Below, in pieces: positions 1 through 9,220 of a stretch of DNA of 64,000 nucleotides (its first letter is position 1; every line of letters begins with the position of its first letter). The stretch is from a virus, in the IMG/VR virus record IMGVR_UViG_3300046804_000816, positions 1 to 64,000 of that record; one strand, written 5' to 3'. The position numbers were made by a program, and so were the translations under genes. The notes under the pieces were generated by a model. That model worked only from the letters and a program-made list of their open reading frames with translations, had not been told where the DNA came from and did not search any database.

Positions 1-696
1 GTTGTCAGAGCTCATCCAATGTACGTCAAAAACAAGCCAACAAAAATCGTAGCTGTCAAGGAAGATACAGAAGTCACCGAAGCTGAAGACGCAGTAGCAA
101 AGCAAATCGCAGCTAAGAAAGACGCGATGAAGAAGCAGATTCGTCAGAAGATTGCGCAGAAGCAAATGAGCGTTATGCAGCAAAAGGCTCAGAAGAAGCT
201 TCAGACGATCAAGGCTGGCAATGACAAATGCACCTGCGACTCGACAAACGAATCAAAGATGAAATGCGAAGTTCATGGTGGTAAGGATGCGAAGCTCGGC
301 AAAGAGCCAATCGAAGTAAATCCTCCTCTTAAGGAAGCTTCTAATCTTCCCAAGTCTGTCATCAAGAAGGGACATGAGATTGCGAAGTCGCTGATCAAGA
401 ATAAGTCTTCTGTTCGCGAGCCATATGCAGTTGGAATGGCTGCTGCTAAGAAGTCTGCTGGTATCAAGGAAGACGCAGAGCAGGTCGACGAAATCTCAAA
501 GATGAAGGCAATCAGAACAGCTGTAAAGCGTCAGACTGCCGCTCATGGTGCTGCAATCGAACGCGGCGATGAACTGAGCGATAAGGAGCAGAGCAAGGTA
601 AATAAGAGTCAGGCTCTCATCAAAAAGAAGTACGGCGAGAAGGGCGATAAGATCGTTCATAAAGCCGTCGGTAAGAGAATTGGCTATCAGGACTAA
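1..696 (+). CDS. Lys/Ala/Glu-rich putative internal virion (head) protein; probably extends past the 5' edge of the window
   Basis: Frame is open from position 1 (ORF track starts at ATG 19). Low complexity, with repeated (L/I/V)xE motifs like T4 prohead-protease sites. Confidence 0.5.
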   Translation, partial: VVRAHPMYVKNKPTKIVAVKEDTEVTEAEDAVAKQIAAKKDAMKKQIRQKIAQKQMSVMQQKAQKKLQTIKAGNDKCTCDSTNESKMKCEVHGGKDAKLGKEPIEVNPPLKEASNLPKSVIKKGHEIAKSLIKNKSSVREPYAVGMAAAKKSAGIKEDAEQVDEISKMKAIRTAVKRQTAAHGAAIERGDELSDKEQSKVNKSQALIKKKYGEKGDKIVHKAVGKRIGYQD

Positions 697-699
697 ATA
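692..699 (+). promoter_or_regulatory. T4-type late promoter variant (ACTAAATA)
   Basis: Resembles TATAAATA and lies upstream of structural-type genes. Confidence 0.5.
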
Positions 700-753
700 G
701 CATACTTATATTATGCCGAGTAGTCACTAACGAAAAGCGGAAAGGAAAGACAA

Positions 754-1491
754 ATGGCACTTTGGGGTTTTTCAAGAGAGTCAACACAAGTAGCATCTGG
801 TGCAAACACAGAAGCTTCTATCCGTAAGGGTTATCGCCCACTTCCACAAGCATCAGGAACTCAACAACCTGACGCCGGCGGAAATATTGAAGTAGCTAAC
901 AAGCGCAATGTAATTGCTACGACAGCTGGTTGGGTTCGTCGCGTTAACAAACGTGATATCCATGGTAATCAGCGTCAGATCGACGAAACGCTTGTAGCTG
1001 CTGCACCGGGATCTGGTTTCTATTACACATCAAACACACATCTTGGTCGTCCAGATATCGTTGAGATCTTCGTCAAGACGAACGCGAACAATGTGATTTC
1101 TGCAAACGTATCGGCTAACCTGTATGTTGTGTTCAATATGCCAGTTCATCTTCGCGCATCATCGAACGCACTGTCAATCAACATTGCAAATACAGTCGGT
1201 GGTAACAACGGCGTTGCTCGTATCGCAGCTTCTGCTGCTGCTCGCGCAAATGTTGCTAACAACGTTCTCGTATTTACGATGCCTAAGCTGCAGGGTGGTG
1301 CTGGTTCTGCTAAGGCTACATATCACATCAATGCACAGTCGATCATTGTAACAGGCAATCCACTCTACAATCCAGAGCAAGGAACGACTCATGCAGCTAA
1401 TCTTGTAATTACGGGTGCAGTTGCTAACGGTCTATCAAATGGTTGGGGCAGCCGTATTACCAACTTCACAGTATCGCCAAGAGGCGTTTAA
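754..1491 (+). CDS. putative virion structural protein
   Basis: MALWG start, GWVRR motif and Ala/Asn/Val-rich beta composition typical of T4-like structural proteins; SD-like AAAGGA upstream. Confidence 0.55.
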   Translation: MALWGFSRESTQVASGANTEASIRKGYRPLPQASGTQQPDAGGNIEVANKRNVIATTAGWVRRVNKRDIHGNQRQIDETLVAAAPGSGFYYTSNTHLGRPDIVEIFVKTNANNVISANVSANLYVVFNMPVHLRASSNALSINIANTVGGNNGVARIAASAAARANVANNVLVFTMPKLQGGAGSAKATYHINAQSIIVTGNPLYNPEQGTTHAANLVITGAVANGLSNGWGSRITNFTVSPRGV

Positions 1492-1509
1492 TAGATTTGG
1501 AGTCGCTAG

Positions 1510-1890
1510 ATGGCTGATAAAAAGGTATCGCAACTTACAGCATTGACGACCACAGCGGCTCCAGATCTGCTGATGATCGTTGATGATCCGAACGGAACGC
1601 CAGTATCGAAGAAGATCACAGTAAAGAACTTCTTCGGTTCTGTTCCTTCAAATACAGTATTCAGTGCAAACGTAACTGTGAGCGGTAATCGCGCACAGTT
1701 CGCTTCTAATGTTAATGTTACAAAGACTCTTACTGCTAATGTTGTTAAGATCACATTTGGTACAACGCCAGGATCTAACAACGCAACAACTGTTGGTATG
1801 GCTGTAGGAGAAATGCGTTTCACAAATACACATTTATATATCGCAGTTAATGCAACAACAATCAAGCGCGTAGCACTGGGTACATTCTAA
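1510..1890 (+). CDS. putative virion structural/fibre-associated protein
   Basis: N-terminal MADKKVSQLTALT...DLLMIVD motif and C-terminal YIAV..TIKRVAL, both common in phage fibre/decoration proteins. Confidence 0.55.
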   Translation: MADKKVSQLTALTTTAAPDLLMIVDDPNGTPVSKKITVKNFFGSVPSNTVFSANVTVSGNRAQFASNVNVTKTLTANVVKITFGTTPGSNNATTVGMAVGEMRFTNTHLYIAVNATTIKRVALGTF

Positions 1891-2225
1891 TGAGTATCGA
1901 AGCAGCAGGTTCATACGTTGTCACTAAAGCTGCATCAGCGGCTGGTGGATTATTTGGCGGATTGACTATGTTTGCTTTCATGAGACCATCTTCAGTGCTA
2001 GACGCTACCATTCGTGGTGGTGTCTGCACAGGATCAGCAATTATATTTGCTCCTATCATTTGTGAGTTTCTAGAAACAAAACAATCGATTGATCATCTTC
2101 TTGCAGCAGGAGCAGTCACTGGATTTTTAGCGTGGGGCGTGTTGTCTATGACAGCGCGCTTTTTTATTAAGGCAGAAGCGGCCAATAAAGATATCGTGGA
2201 GGCCGCTAAGGAAATTAAACAGTGA
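1890..2225 (+). CDS. holin-like small membrane protein
   Basis: 111 aa with about 3 hydrophobic segments and a charged C-terminus; near the spanin pair. Confidence 0.45.
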   Translation: MSIEAAGSYVVTKAASAAGGLFGGLTMFAFMRPSSVLDATIRGGVCTGSAIIFAPIICEFLETKQSIDHLLAAGAVTGFLAWGVLSMTARFFIKAEAANKDIVEAAKEIKQ

Positions 2226-2226
2226 G

Positions 2227-2616
2227 ATGAAAGGTACTTTGGACGATAATAATTTTTTTCTTTATGCTGCACGAAATTACTTAAATCCTTGTGTAGATGA
2301 AAATGAATTCTTAGAAGATTTGGCTAGAATAAAGAATCTTCGAAGACTGTTCAGTAGATATGAAAATCGCGGCGAGCTAAAAGAAAGATTGATATTAAAT
2401 CATTTGATGGTTTTATATAATGTCTTTGAGCATAGAGCGCTTACTCGAATGTTGGCCTTTAAGCTGTATGATCATTTGCATCTACTGAAACCGTTTCTTT
2501 TGTTGCTGAACTATTGGCCGGAGCGTATAGAAAACATTGGTCCAGACAGTGAAACAATTAGATCAAACGATATCATCATGGACATGCGAATAGTCGAGAC
2601 GCTGAGGAAAATCTGA
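2227..2616 (+). CDS. conserved T4-like phage hypothetical protein
   Basis: NFFLYAARNY.NP and ELKERLILNHL.VLYNVF motifs are widespread in T4-like phages. Confidence 0.7.
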   Translation: MKGTLDDNNFFLYAARNYLNPCVDENEFLEDLARIKNLRRLFSRYENRGELKERLILNHLMVLYNVFEHRALTRMLAFKLYDHLHLLKPFLLLLNYWPERIENIGPDSETIRSNDIIMDMRIVETLRKI

Positions 2617-3125
2617 TGATTAACGAAGTAGTAAAGCCGGCTGACAAACATAGCAAAGGTCCGTTCGCTATCGCTACTAAAACACGCGCTGGTGCTCTAA
2701 GAAGAGTTCCTGATACTCGTTTCGATACGTGGGATAGCGCACATAAGTATGGTATGCAATATCACACAGATCGTTATGGTTCGCAGATGTTTCATGTCGT
2801 TCATCATCCAGACGCAAAGAAAAGAATTAATGAGGATCTAGGCGGCGGTCCTGGAAGCCCAACAACTGGCGGGATCGCTAACGTAGCAGGCGCTGGAGTA
2901 AGCACAGAACCTGTGCATTGGAGCAAGCGTCAACCTCGCATTGGTATGAAAGGCACTCTTAAGAAATACGGACAGCCGATGATGTTCAAAGCTGTCATCC
3001 GCAGAAAAGCAACAAACGAAGCTACTGTATTCTACAAGGCTCTTGGAAAGCGCGTCAAGGCGGTCAGTCGCACGAGCGCTATGGGTAACGGAAGCGACGG
3101 ATCGGAATCAACACATAAAGGATAA
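2616..3125 (+). CDS. hypothetical protein (possible internal head protein)
   Basis: ORF coupled to its neighbours; repeated (I/T)NE motifs. Confidence 0.5.
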   Translation: MINEVVKPADKHSKGPFAIATKTRAGALRRVPDTRFDTWDSAHKYGMQYHTDRYGSQMFHVVHHPDAKKRINEDLGGGPGSPTTGGIANVAGAGVSTEPVHWSKRQPRIGMKGTLKKYGQPMMFKAVIRRKATNEATVFYKALGKRVKAVSRTSAMGNGSDGSESTHKG

Positions 3126-3128
3126 GTC

Positions 3129-3590
3129 ATGGGGCTGAAAATCAAGCTAATAATCGCTTGTGTATTATTCACTGTGATGACTAGCGGATATTTCTATATC
3201 ATGGCTCTCCAAGGCAAGCTCGAAGCAGCAGCCGAAATTCAGCAACGAATGGAAGGGGTTATCGAGCAGCAGAAAGTTGTTCTTGAGAAACAGCAAGAAG
3301 ACACTCGTAAAATGCAAGAGCTGAACAACGAGATGTCTAAGAAGTTCTCACAAACACAACAAGAAGTTGCGCAGCTAAATCAAAAGTTCGCCAATCGCGA
3401 TCTTGCTGCATCCTCTCTTAAGAATCCAGACGAAACAGAAATGAAAGTTAATCGTGGCACGAAGGATGCGCTGCGTTGCAATGAACTTATTACGGGAGCT
3501 AACTTGACAACCGACGAAAAGAATGGTAAAGTAAGAAATGGAATATGTAATGATCTTATCAAGGAGTTGATTGCGAAGGAAAAGCCATGA
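3129..3590 (+). CDS. inner-membrane spanin (Rz-like)
   Basis: N-terminal TM helix and long coiled coil, followed by an overlapping lipoprotein gene. Confidence 0.7.
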   Translation: MGLKIKLIIACVLFTVMTSGYFYIMALQGKLEAAAEIQQRMEGVIEQQKVVLEKQQEDTRKMQELNNEMSKKFSQTQQEVAQLNQKFANRDLAASSLKNPDETEMKVNRGTKDALRCNELITGANLTTDEKNGKVRNGICNDLIKELIAKEKP

Positions 3591-3949
3591 AGAAATTAGT
3601 TATTGCGTTGTTTGCTGTTGGATTAGCTGGCTGTTCAGAAACAGCCAAAGTTCTTGACAAGCCAGTTCTATATGAAAGAGCGGAGCTTGTTGTTCCTGGT
3701 GTTGCGCCAGTTTCTCAGGCTAATGTCACATGGACTATTATTACGCCAGAGAACTACGAAGCGAAGATCAAGGAAATCGAAGGGCGCGGCGGAAACGCTG
3801 TGTTGTTCGCACTGACGCCACAAGGCTATCAGAATCTGTCGATGAACGTTGCGGAACTCCGTCGATACATTCAACAGCAACAAGCTGTAATCGCAGCGTA
3901 TCAGAAATACTACAAGACAGAAAAGCCACCCCAGCAACCAAAGAGATAG
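3587..3949 (+). CDS. outer-membrane spanin lipoprotein (Rz1-like)
   Basis: Lipobox LAGC; ATGA overlap with the i-spanin; GYQNLSMNVAELRRYIQQQ motif. Confidence 0.7.
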   Translation: MKKLVIALFAVGLAGCSETAKVLDKPVLYERAELVVPGVAPVSQANVTWTIITPENYEAKIKEIEGRGGNAVLFALTPQGYQNLSMNVAELRRYIQQQQAVIAAYQKYYKTEKPPQQPKR

Positions 3950-3952
3950 TTC

Positions 3953-3981
3953 TTGACAATCTTCCTTGAATTTATTATAAT
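3953..3981 (+). promoter_or_regulatory. sigma70-type early promoter for primase (probably leaderless)
   Basis: TTGACA-N17-TATAAT, with the ATG 7 nt after the -10. Confidence 0.8.
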
Positions 3982-3987
3982 GAACTT

Positions 3988-4995
3988 ATGTCTGCTATCA
4001 CTGATCACAAGTATGCACAGATGATCTCGCACAGGCTTTCGCTGTTCAAGCGGAAGTCTGATCGAATCTATAACTTCCGTTGTCCCTTCTGCGGCGACTC
4101 TCAGAAAAACAAACTGAAGGCTCGCGGCTATCTATTCGAGAAATCCGGTGGACTCATATATAAATGCCATAATTGCGATGTGGGCGCTAGCCTTGGTAAG
4201 CTCATCGATCTTGTTGACCCTGGCCTTGCTAGATCTTACAGGCTGGAGTCCTATAAAGAGCGCGTTGCGGCTAACAATGAAACTTTCGTCATTCCTAAAG
4301 AAGAAGCCGTAGTAGTACGTCCATCAATTATTCTCGACGATTTGCTTCATCGAGTGGATTTACTACCATCGCATCATCGCGCAGTTGAGTATGTTAAGTC
4401 GCGAAAGATACCCAAAGAACGTTGGGAAGATCTTTATTACGCTCGCGATATGAAAATCCTAGAACAGCTTAATCCTGCATACGAAGGTCGTTTGGCTTCC
4501 GATGAGCGTTTGGTTATTCCATTTCGACGTGAAGATGGATTGCTTACTGGCGTGACTGGTCGCGCTATGGGTAACTCCACGTTGCGATACGTGACTGTAA
4601 GAATTACCGACGATCCGTTGATCTATGGTCTAGATCGCATAAAACGCGGAAAGACTATATACGTCACAGAGGGCCCAATTGATAGTATGTTTCTTGACAA
4701 TGCTATCGCTGCGGGAGGAACAGACTTTGCGCGGGCCCTATATAACATTAGCGGTGAGAACGTAGTTCTTATCTTCGATAATCAGCCTCGCAACAAACAG
4801 ATTGTGAAGCGTGTTGAAACATTCGCTGGACGTGGATATCCTATGGTTATTTGGAATTCGTCTTGGAATTATAAAGATATAAATGATGCTATTTTATCTG
4901 GATGCAGTAGTTCTGAGATTGAGTACATACTAAATAAATCCACGTTTAAGGGTCTCGCCCTCAAACTGGCTATCCGAGATTGGAAAAAATGCTAA
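3988..4995 (+). CDS. gp61: DNA primase (T4 gp61-like)
   Basis: NFRCPFCGDS...CHNC zinc finger; TOPRIM motif VTEGPIDSMF; FDNQPRN. Confidence 0.95.
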   Translation: MSAITDHKYAQMISHRLSLFKRKSDRIYNFRCPFCGDSQKNKLKARGYLFEKSGGLIYKCHNCDVGASLGKLIDLVDPGLARSYRLESYKERVAANNETFVIPKEEAVVVRPSIILDDLLHRVDLLPSHHRAVEYVKSRKIPKERWEDLYYARDMKILEQLNPAYEGRLASDERLVIPFRREDGLLTGVTGRAMGNSTLRYVTVRITDDPLIYGLDRIKRGKTIYVTEGPIDSMFLDNAIAAGGTDFARALYNISGENVVLIFDNQPRNKQIVKRVETFAGRGYPMVIWNSSWNYKDINDAILSGCSSSEIEYILNKSTFKGLALKLAIRDWKKC

Positions 4996-5055
4996 CGCAG
5001 GCGCAATGTCTGCGAATGAGAATTATTGTCTAAGAAATAAGAAACGGAGTAATCT

Positions 5056-6963
5056 ATGTCAAATTCACTTCCCACGCTCTATCAACAATTCATCCACCTG
5101 TCGCGCTATTCACGTTTTCTTTGGGATGAAGGTCGTAGAGAAAGTTGGGATGAGACTATTGGTCGTTTCTTCAATTTCTTTGAGTCACATCTGAAAGAGC
5201 AGCACGGCTACGATATCAAGGACTATCGTAGAGAGCTGGAAGACGCTGTTCTGTCACAGAAAGTCATGCCATCTATGCGTTGCGTTATGACTGCCGGCGA
5301 AGCTCTCAAGCGCGAGAACGTTGCTGCATATAACTGCTCGTATGTTGCAGTCAATACGCCACGCTCGTTTGACGAGATTCTGTACATTCTCATGAATGGC
5401 ACAGGCGTTGGATTCTCTGTCGAGTCAAAGGACGTTGAGCAACTTCCAGTTATTGCAGAATCATTCTATCCTTCAGAAACAACAATCGCTGTGGCTGACT
5501 CCAAGCTCGGTTGGGCTAAAGCTCTTAAGGAACTCGTTCATCTTCTCTATTCCGGTCAGATTCCTAAGTGGGATCTTAGCAAGATTCGTCCAGCCGGCGC
5601 ACCGCTAAAGACGTTCGGTGGTCGTGCTTCTGGTCCAGAGCCGCTTGACGCACTATTCAAGTTCTGCGTTGATATCTTCAAGAAGGCTGCTGGTCGTCGT
5701 CTAAACACATTGGAGTGCCATGATATTGTTTGTAAAATTGCAGACATCGTTGTCGTTGGCGGCGTTCGCCGTTCTGCTCTTATATCACTGTCAGACTTGA
5801 ACGACGATCGTATGCGCACAGCGAAGTCCGGTCAGTGGTGGCTCGGCGAATCGCAGCGCGCTCTTGCTAACAATTCAGCCGTCTATAAGGAGAAGCCAGA
5901 TATTGGCTTGTTCATGGAAGAGTGGAAGTCTCTCTATGAATCTAAGTCAGGTGAGCGCGGCATCTTCAATCGCGCATCAGCAAAGGCGACTGTGAATAAG
6001 CATGGTCGTCGCGACGTTAACTACGACTTCGGAACTAATCCATGCTCAGAGATCATTCTACGCGACAAGGAATTTTGCAATCTAACGGAAGTTGTTATCC
6101 GTGCTACGGATACGATGGAAGATCTGAAAGAAAAGGTATACTGGGCGACTATCCTTGGCACATGGCAGTCCACTCTTACGAACTTCCGCTATCTTTCTTC
6201 CGCGTGGAAAAAGAACTGCGAGGAAGAGAGGCTTCTTGGTGTTTCCCTAACTGGTATCATGGACAATGAGCTTACAAATGGAAAAATCCCTGGACTTGCA
6301 GAAAGACTCGAAGAGCTTAGAGCAATCGCCGTTTCTACCAATGCAAAGTTCGCGAAGGAGTTGGGTATACCGCAGTCTGCTGCTGTCACTTGTGTCAAGC
6401 CCTCTGGCACTGTTTCTCAGTTGTGCGATTCTGCTAGCGGCATTCATGCTCGTCATAATCCATATTATATTCGCACCGTTCGTGCTGATAAAAAGGATCC
6501 TCTGGCCCAGCTGATGATCGACGCTGGTGTTCCAGTCGAAGATTGCGTAATGCGTCCGAACAACGTATATGTGTTCTCGTTCCCGATGAAGGCTCCAGAG
6601 AACGCTGTGTTCCGTACGGATATGTCTGCTATAGAACAGTTGGAACTTTGGGTTACGTATCAGGATCACTGGTGCGAGCACAAACCATCTGTCACTATCT
6701 CCGTCAAAGAACATGAGTGGCTCGACGTTGGTGCGTGGGTATATAATCATTTCGACAAGATGTCTGGCGTTTCGTTCCTTCCGTTCAGCGATCACGTTTA
6801 TGCGCAAGCACCTTATCAGGATTGCTCGAAGGAAGACTATGAAGCATTCGCTGCGAAGATGCCTAAAGCGATTGACTGGAATAAGCTCAGAGACTATGAA
6901 AAGACCGACACTACAACGGGAGCGCAGGAGCTTGCTTGCGTCGCGGGCGGCTGTGAGGTCTGA
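5056..6963 (+). CDS. nrdJ: class II (adenosylcobalamin-dependent) ribonucleotide reductase
   Basis: GTNPCSEI active site, TCVKPSGT, VVGGVRRSALI, C-terminal ACVAGGCEV. Confidence 0.92.
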   Translation: MSNSLPTLYQQFIHLSRYSRFLWDEGRRESWDETIGRFFNFFESHLKEQHGYDIKDYRRELEDAVLSQKVMPSMRCVMTAGEALKRENVAAYNCSYVAVNTPRSFDEILYILMNGTGVGFSVESKDVEQLPVIAESFYPSETTIAVADSKLGWAKALKELVHLLYSGQIPKWDLSKIRPAGAPLKTFGGRASGPEPLDALFKFCVDIFKKAAGRRLNTLECHDIVCKIADIVVVGGVRRSALISLSDLNDDRMRTAKSGQWWLGESQRALANNSAVYKEKPDIGLFMEEWKSLYESKSGERGIFNRASAKATVNKHGRRDVNYDFGTNPCSEIILRDKEFCNLTEVVIRATDTMEDLKEKVYWATILGTWQSTLTNFRYLSSAWKKNCEEERLLGVSLTGIMDNELTNGKIPGLAERLEELRAIAVSTNAKFAKELGIPQSAAVTCVKPSGTVSQLCDSASGIHARHNPYYIRTVRADKKDPLAQLMIDAGVPVEDCVMRPNNVYVFSFPMKAPENAVFRTDMSAIEQLELWVTYQDHWCEHKPSVTISVKEHEWLDVGAWVYNHFDKMSGVSFLPFSDHVYAQAPYQDCSKEDYEAFAAKMPKAIDWNKLRDYEKTDTTTGAQELACVAGGCEV

Positions 6964-6965
6964 TT

Positions 6966-7121
6966 GTGCCAGAGAAGGATATGACTTGCCCGTGTGGCGA
7001 ATATGAGTATCTTATCTGCTACGAAAAGCGCGGAAAGAAGCTAGATCCAATCTATTGCCCTTTCTGCGGTGCAGATGCGGACGACGTAGAGATCGAAGAG
7101 CTAGAGGAAGACGAGGACTAG
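6966..7121 (+). CDS. small zinc-ribbon protein with acidic tail (51 aa; not in ORF track)
   Basis: GTG start; translates MPEKDMTCPCGEYEYLICYEKRGKKLDPIYCPFCGADADDVEIEELEEDED. Confidence 0.6.
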   Translation: MPEKDMTCPCGEYEYLICYEKRGKKLDPIYCPFCGADADDVEIEELEEDED

Positions 7122-7133
7122 CTATATAAGTTC

Positions 7134-7595
7134 ATGGCTTCATATGAGAATCCGTGGACATTTGACGGAAAAGAGTTTGATAGTGAGGATATCGGGAACT
7201 CGTACGGTTTCGTATATGTTATCACAACACCAGCAGGCCAGAAGTACATTGGTCGCAAGTACTTCTGGTCTGTCAGAAAAGCGAAGGGTAAGTCCCGTCG
7301 CCAACGTTCAGAATCAGACTGGAAATCATACTACGGTTCCAGTGAAGTTCTCAAAGAACAAATCAAAACAACAGACAAATCTTTGTTCAAGCGAGAGATC
7401 ATCTCGCTACACAGTACAAAGGGACGCGTAAATTATGAAGAAGTGCGCGAACAGTTTGCGCATGAAGTATTGGAACGGGATGATTATATAAATGACAACA
7501 TCAATGGCAAGTGGCATCGAAGCCCAGAACACATCAGAAGTAAATCCAGATTCTCTTCCATCGCATCTGGGCGGTCATCTCAACAGAACCCATAA
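7134..7595 (+). CDS. GIY-YIG endonuclease (endonuclease II-like)
   Basis: YGFVYVIT...KYIGRKYFW...SDWKSYYGSS motif. Confidence 0.85.
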   Translation: MASYENPWTFDGKEFDSEDIGNSYGFVYVITTPAGQKYIGRKYFWSVRKAKGKSRRQRSESDWKSYYGSSEVLKEQIKTTDKSLFKREIISLHSTKGRVNYEEVREQFAHEVLERDDYINDNINGKWHRSPEHIRSKSRFSSIASGRSSQQNP

Positions 7596-8094
7596 TGATC
7601 GTGGGGTATTGACATTTCTCATGAATGAGTATAATATAAAGACGTTCCTAGATATTGGGTGCGGTCCTGGTGGTATGGTTGAGTTGGCACAGATGCGTGG
7701 ACTTGATGCAGTAGGCGTTGATGGCGACTGGACTGTCGAGCGCCCACAAGATGTTCGCGTTATGATTCACGACTATACAGTTGGTCCTACGCAATGGACT
7801 CGCGAGTTTGATCTTGGCTGGAGCGTCGAGTTTCTTGAACACGTAGAAGAAAAGTATCAAGACAACTATATGCAGGACTTCGCGCGTTGTAAATATGTCG
7901 TAGCAACTGCTGCTCCGCCAGGTTATCCTGGTCATCATCATGTCAATTGTCGTGAGCAGGAATATTGGCACGACGTTTTCAATAAGTATGGATTGGAGTA
8001 TGATCACGACGTGACGATGAAGATCAGAGAAGTATCAACTATGCAGAAGCCTTTTATGCAACGTACAGGTATGTTCTTCAGGAGGAGAACTTGA
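7492..8094 (+). CDS. class I SAM-dependent methyltransferase
   Basis: FLDIGCGPG motif I, SVEFLEHV, GHHHVNC; start codon uncertain. Confidence 0.85.
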   Translation: MTTSMASGIEAQNTSEVNPDSLPSHLGGHLNRTHNDRGVLTFLMNEYNIKTFLDIGCGPGGMVELAQMRGLDAVGVDGDWTVERPQDVRVMIHDYTVGPTQWTREFDLGWSVEFLEHVEEKYQDNYMQDFARCKYVVATAAPPGYPGHHHVNCREQEYWHDVFNKYGLEYDHDVTMKIREVSTMQKPFMQRTGMFFRRRT

Positions 8095-8495
8095 GCAGAA
8101 GTTGTGGTACATGTACTTCTTGTTGTGAAGGCTGGGTATATGGCTCAGCCAACGGCCGCGAGTTCTGGAGGGGCCGCCCGTGTCACTTCGTCAAGAAGTG
8201 CGTAGGCTGCACGATATATGAAAACAGACCAGAAGATCCTTGCAAGAGTTTTAATTGCAACTGGTTGCTAGATGAAAATATTCCCGACTGGATGCAACCT
8301 AATCAGTCTGGAGTTATTTTACAGTGGAGAACCGTCGATGGGAAAGCGTATCTAGAAATGAACGAAGCCTGCGATAAAGTTTCTTCCGAAGTTCTTTCAT
8401 GGGTTATACAATACGCTATTCAAAACAAATTGAATCTGCAATATCAGTTAAACGGTGTATTTAACAGGATCGACTTTAACGAGCTAATCAAATAA
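8091..8495 (+). CDS. YkgJ-like Cys-cluster (Zn/Fe-chelating) protein
   Basis: CGTCTSCC...C...CTIYENRP..CKSF.C pattern. Confidence 0.75.
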   Translation: MSRSCGTCTSCCEGWVYGSANGREFWRGRPCHFVKKCVGCTIYENRPEDPCKSFNCNWLLDENIPDWMQPNQSGVILQWRTVDGKAYLEMNEACDKVSSEVLSWVIQYAIQNKLNLQYQLNGVFNRIDFNELIK

Positions 8496-8506
8496 GGAGA
8501 TAGTAA

Positions 8507-9220
8507 ATGAACGGTTATGTTCCATTCAATACAATCCCAACAGAAGCAGATCGTCTAGCATATGATCTTGGTCTGCGCAATCATATGTTGCAGGTCTATA
8601 ACTACATGACTGTTGCGCTCGGTCTCAGCGGTCTTGTAGCGATGGGTCTTAACTTCAATCCTACTCTTATGGCGCTGATCTGGGGTACATCGTTCAAGTG
8701 GATCGCCATCTTCGCCCCGCTGGCTGCTTCTTTTGCTTTTGCGTTCTTCTTCGAGAAGTTCACTGTTAGAAGCGCACAGATGGCTCTTTTTGCATTTGCT
8801 GCTCTGATGGGACTGTCGCTGTCGTCAATCTTTCTTGTGTTTAAGCTAGGAAGTATCGCACAGGTGTTCTTCATCGCAGCATCGACGTTTGGGCTCGCGT
8901 CAATCTACGGCTACACGACGAAGCGCGACTTGACTAGCATGGGATCGTTTCTTATCATGGGAGCGATGGGATTAGTAGTCGCCGGCCTCGTCAATCTGTT
9001 CCTGCAGAGTTCTGCGTTCGCGTTCGCAATCAGCTGTCTTGGCGTTCTTATCTTTACTGGTCTTACAGCCTATGACACGCAAAACATCAAAGAAACGTAT
9101 GACACAATCGAAGGCGTAGAGCGCGAGAAGGCTGGTGTGTTTGGTGCGTTGCAGCTCTATCTCGACTTCATCAATATATTCATGAGCCTGCTGCAGATCC
9201 TTGGAGATAAGAAAGAATGA
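8507..9220 (+). CDS. Bax inhibitor-1/YccA family membrane protein
   Basis: About 7 TM helices; YGYTTKRDL, TAYDTQ.IK and GALQLYLDFINIF motifs. Confidence 0.92.
   Translation: MNGYVPFNTIPTEADRLAYDLGLRNHMLQVYNYMTVALGLSGLVAMGLNFNPTLMALIWGTSFKWIAIFAPLAASFAFAFFFEKFTVRSAQMALFAFAALMGLSLSSIFLVFKLGSIAQVFFIAASTFGLASIYGYTTKRDLTSMGSFLIMGAMGLVVAGLVNLFLQSSAFAFAISCLGVLIFTGLTAYDTQNIKETYDTIEGVEREKAGVFGALQLYLDFINIFMSLLQILGDKKE

Noticed and set aside
5056-6963. Intron or intein in nrdJ
   Set aside because: The ORF is continuous, of normal length and has no intein motifs. The same holds for thyX and phoH.
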